A stretch of 64,000 bases of DNA, from NCBI RefSeq assembly GCF_009914755.1, contig NC_060935.1; one strand, 5' to 3'. Shown piece by piece: positions 62,901 to 64,000 of the stretch. Numbering within the stretch: position 1 is the stretch's first letter; each line of letters starts with the position of its first letter. This DNA is from the human T2T-CHM13v2.0 reference genome, Homo sapiens. The notes under the pieces are model-generated. The model was not told the DNA's origin. It saw only the letters and a list, made by a program, of their open reading frames with translations, and ran no database searches. Both the position numbers and the translations under genes were made by a program.

Positions 62901-63240
62901 TAGGCCTGTAGGACTGATGGGCCCCAGTCCTGCAGGGAATCAGGCAGTGTTTTATCCATGGCAGTTAGCTGGGGCTAAAGCCTCTTAGAGGGAGATAGGA
63001 GCTCTGGTGGGAGGGCGCTTATGGCCCAACTCTGCCGGAGCTGACCCATACTCAAAGGTACCCAAATCCATGTGTGCTGCAGCTCCATCTCTGTCTAATA
63101 CCTGGGGAGATCCCCCTGCCAGCTCACATGTCCATGGGGGTATGGAGACTCCTGCAACTAAGATCCTAGAGGTCCAAAGTGAGATGAGTAGTCCCCCAGT
63201 CCCTTCACTCGTATCTTCCTCAAGCACCATTCAGAGTTGG
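56912..63240 (-). mobile_element. Old near-full-length L1 (L1PA16/L1PB4-age) with an internal inversion and templated insertions
   Basis: 3'UTR at 56912; ORF2; ORF1 peptide KEKILKAAREKGQGTYRGNSIRLAADLS (61139..61393); GC-richer 5' region to about 63240. Confidence 0.85.
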
Positions 63241-63825
63241 AACAGATTATTTTTTTATTTTGTAATTTTTAAAATTTTTTATTGTAGCAAATCTCTATTC
63301 CCTGAGAAGAGAGAGGCAGGTAGAGCAAGGACAAGTATTGTCCTTTAAAATTTTTTTTCAAACTCTGTAGGTCATCTTTTTTGAAAAATTGTTTTTAGAT
63401 ATCACTACAGACACTTTCTCTGATCACACTTTTTCTCGTTTTATATGCATGAATTAAAGTCAAAGAAGGCATGATTTTGGGAGGATCATGGGTGGACCAC
63501 ACTCACACCCCCTCTATATGACTTTATTTTATCTATTAACAACCTATAAATATATAAAACCAACAGAAATTTCTAGAAGACCAAAATTAGTAAATCATAG
63601 AAGAATAAAATAATATATTTGGCAAACTTAATTCAATAAATGCATATGAGCATTTGCATGCTCCAAACAGAACTTGATTTTCATGCCCATTAAATGTGTG
63701 TTTTATTTTCTCAAAGCAATGACTTGCTTGGCCATAAAGCAAGCTTTAATAAAATTAAAGTATATGTTAGCAAACTATACTGTATATGCATAGTTCTCTG
63801 TAGAGAGCCACTTTTCTTTCTTTCC

Positions 63826-63826
<1 letters not shown>

Positions 63827-63859
<33 letters not shown>
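63827..63859. repeat. Poly(T) tract
   Basis: Directly visible. Confidence 0.95.
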
Positions 63860-63861
<2 letters not shown>

Positions 63862-64000
63862 CAATAGCACAGAATACCCCTGGGGAAATCATTACATAAA
63901 TCTGATTTCAAGAGGGAACTCAAGGTGAACAGTAACAAATTCTGTCAACCACTTTCACACAAGTAGAAAATCACAATACCTATTAAGGTGGAAGTCAAAG

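Overview
Primate (human-like) genomic DNA, AT-rich and dominated by transposons. It contains two phase-0 coding exons (183-257 and 6713-6880, + strand) whose translation I recognise from memory as LUZP2 (leucine zipper protein 2). The remaining ~57 kb appears to be one long intron. That intron holds a 7.5-kb antisense ERV9/LTR12F provirus, solo LTRs (MER41B-like, LTR28-like, MaLR), many L1s, about 11 Alus, MIR/L2/DNA-transposon relics and simple repeats. Three observations stand out. (1) The ERV9 provirus is a chimera: its integrase and env-SU are replaced by a collapsed pol skeleton from a different, HERV-I-like retrovirus that carries a second RNase H. (2) An old near-full-length L1 carries three separate templated rearrangements. 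(3) An LTR12F promoter points at an uninterrupted 579-codon L1 ORF2 C-terminal reading frame. I found no support for a wholly novel biological system. Repeat subfamily names come from recalled consensus similarity, and many repeat boundaries are approximate.
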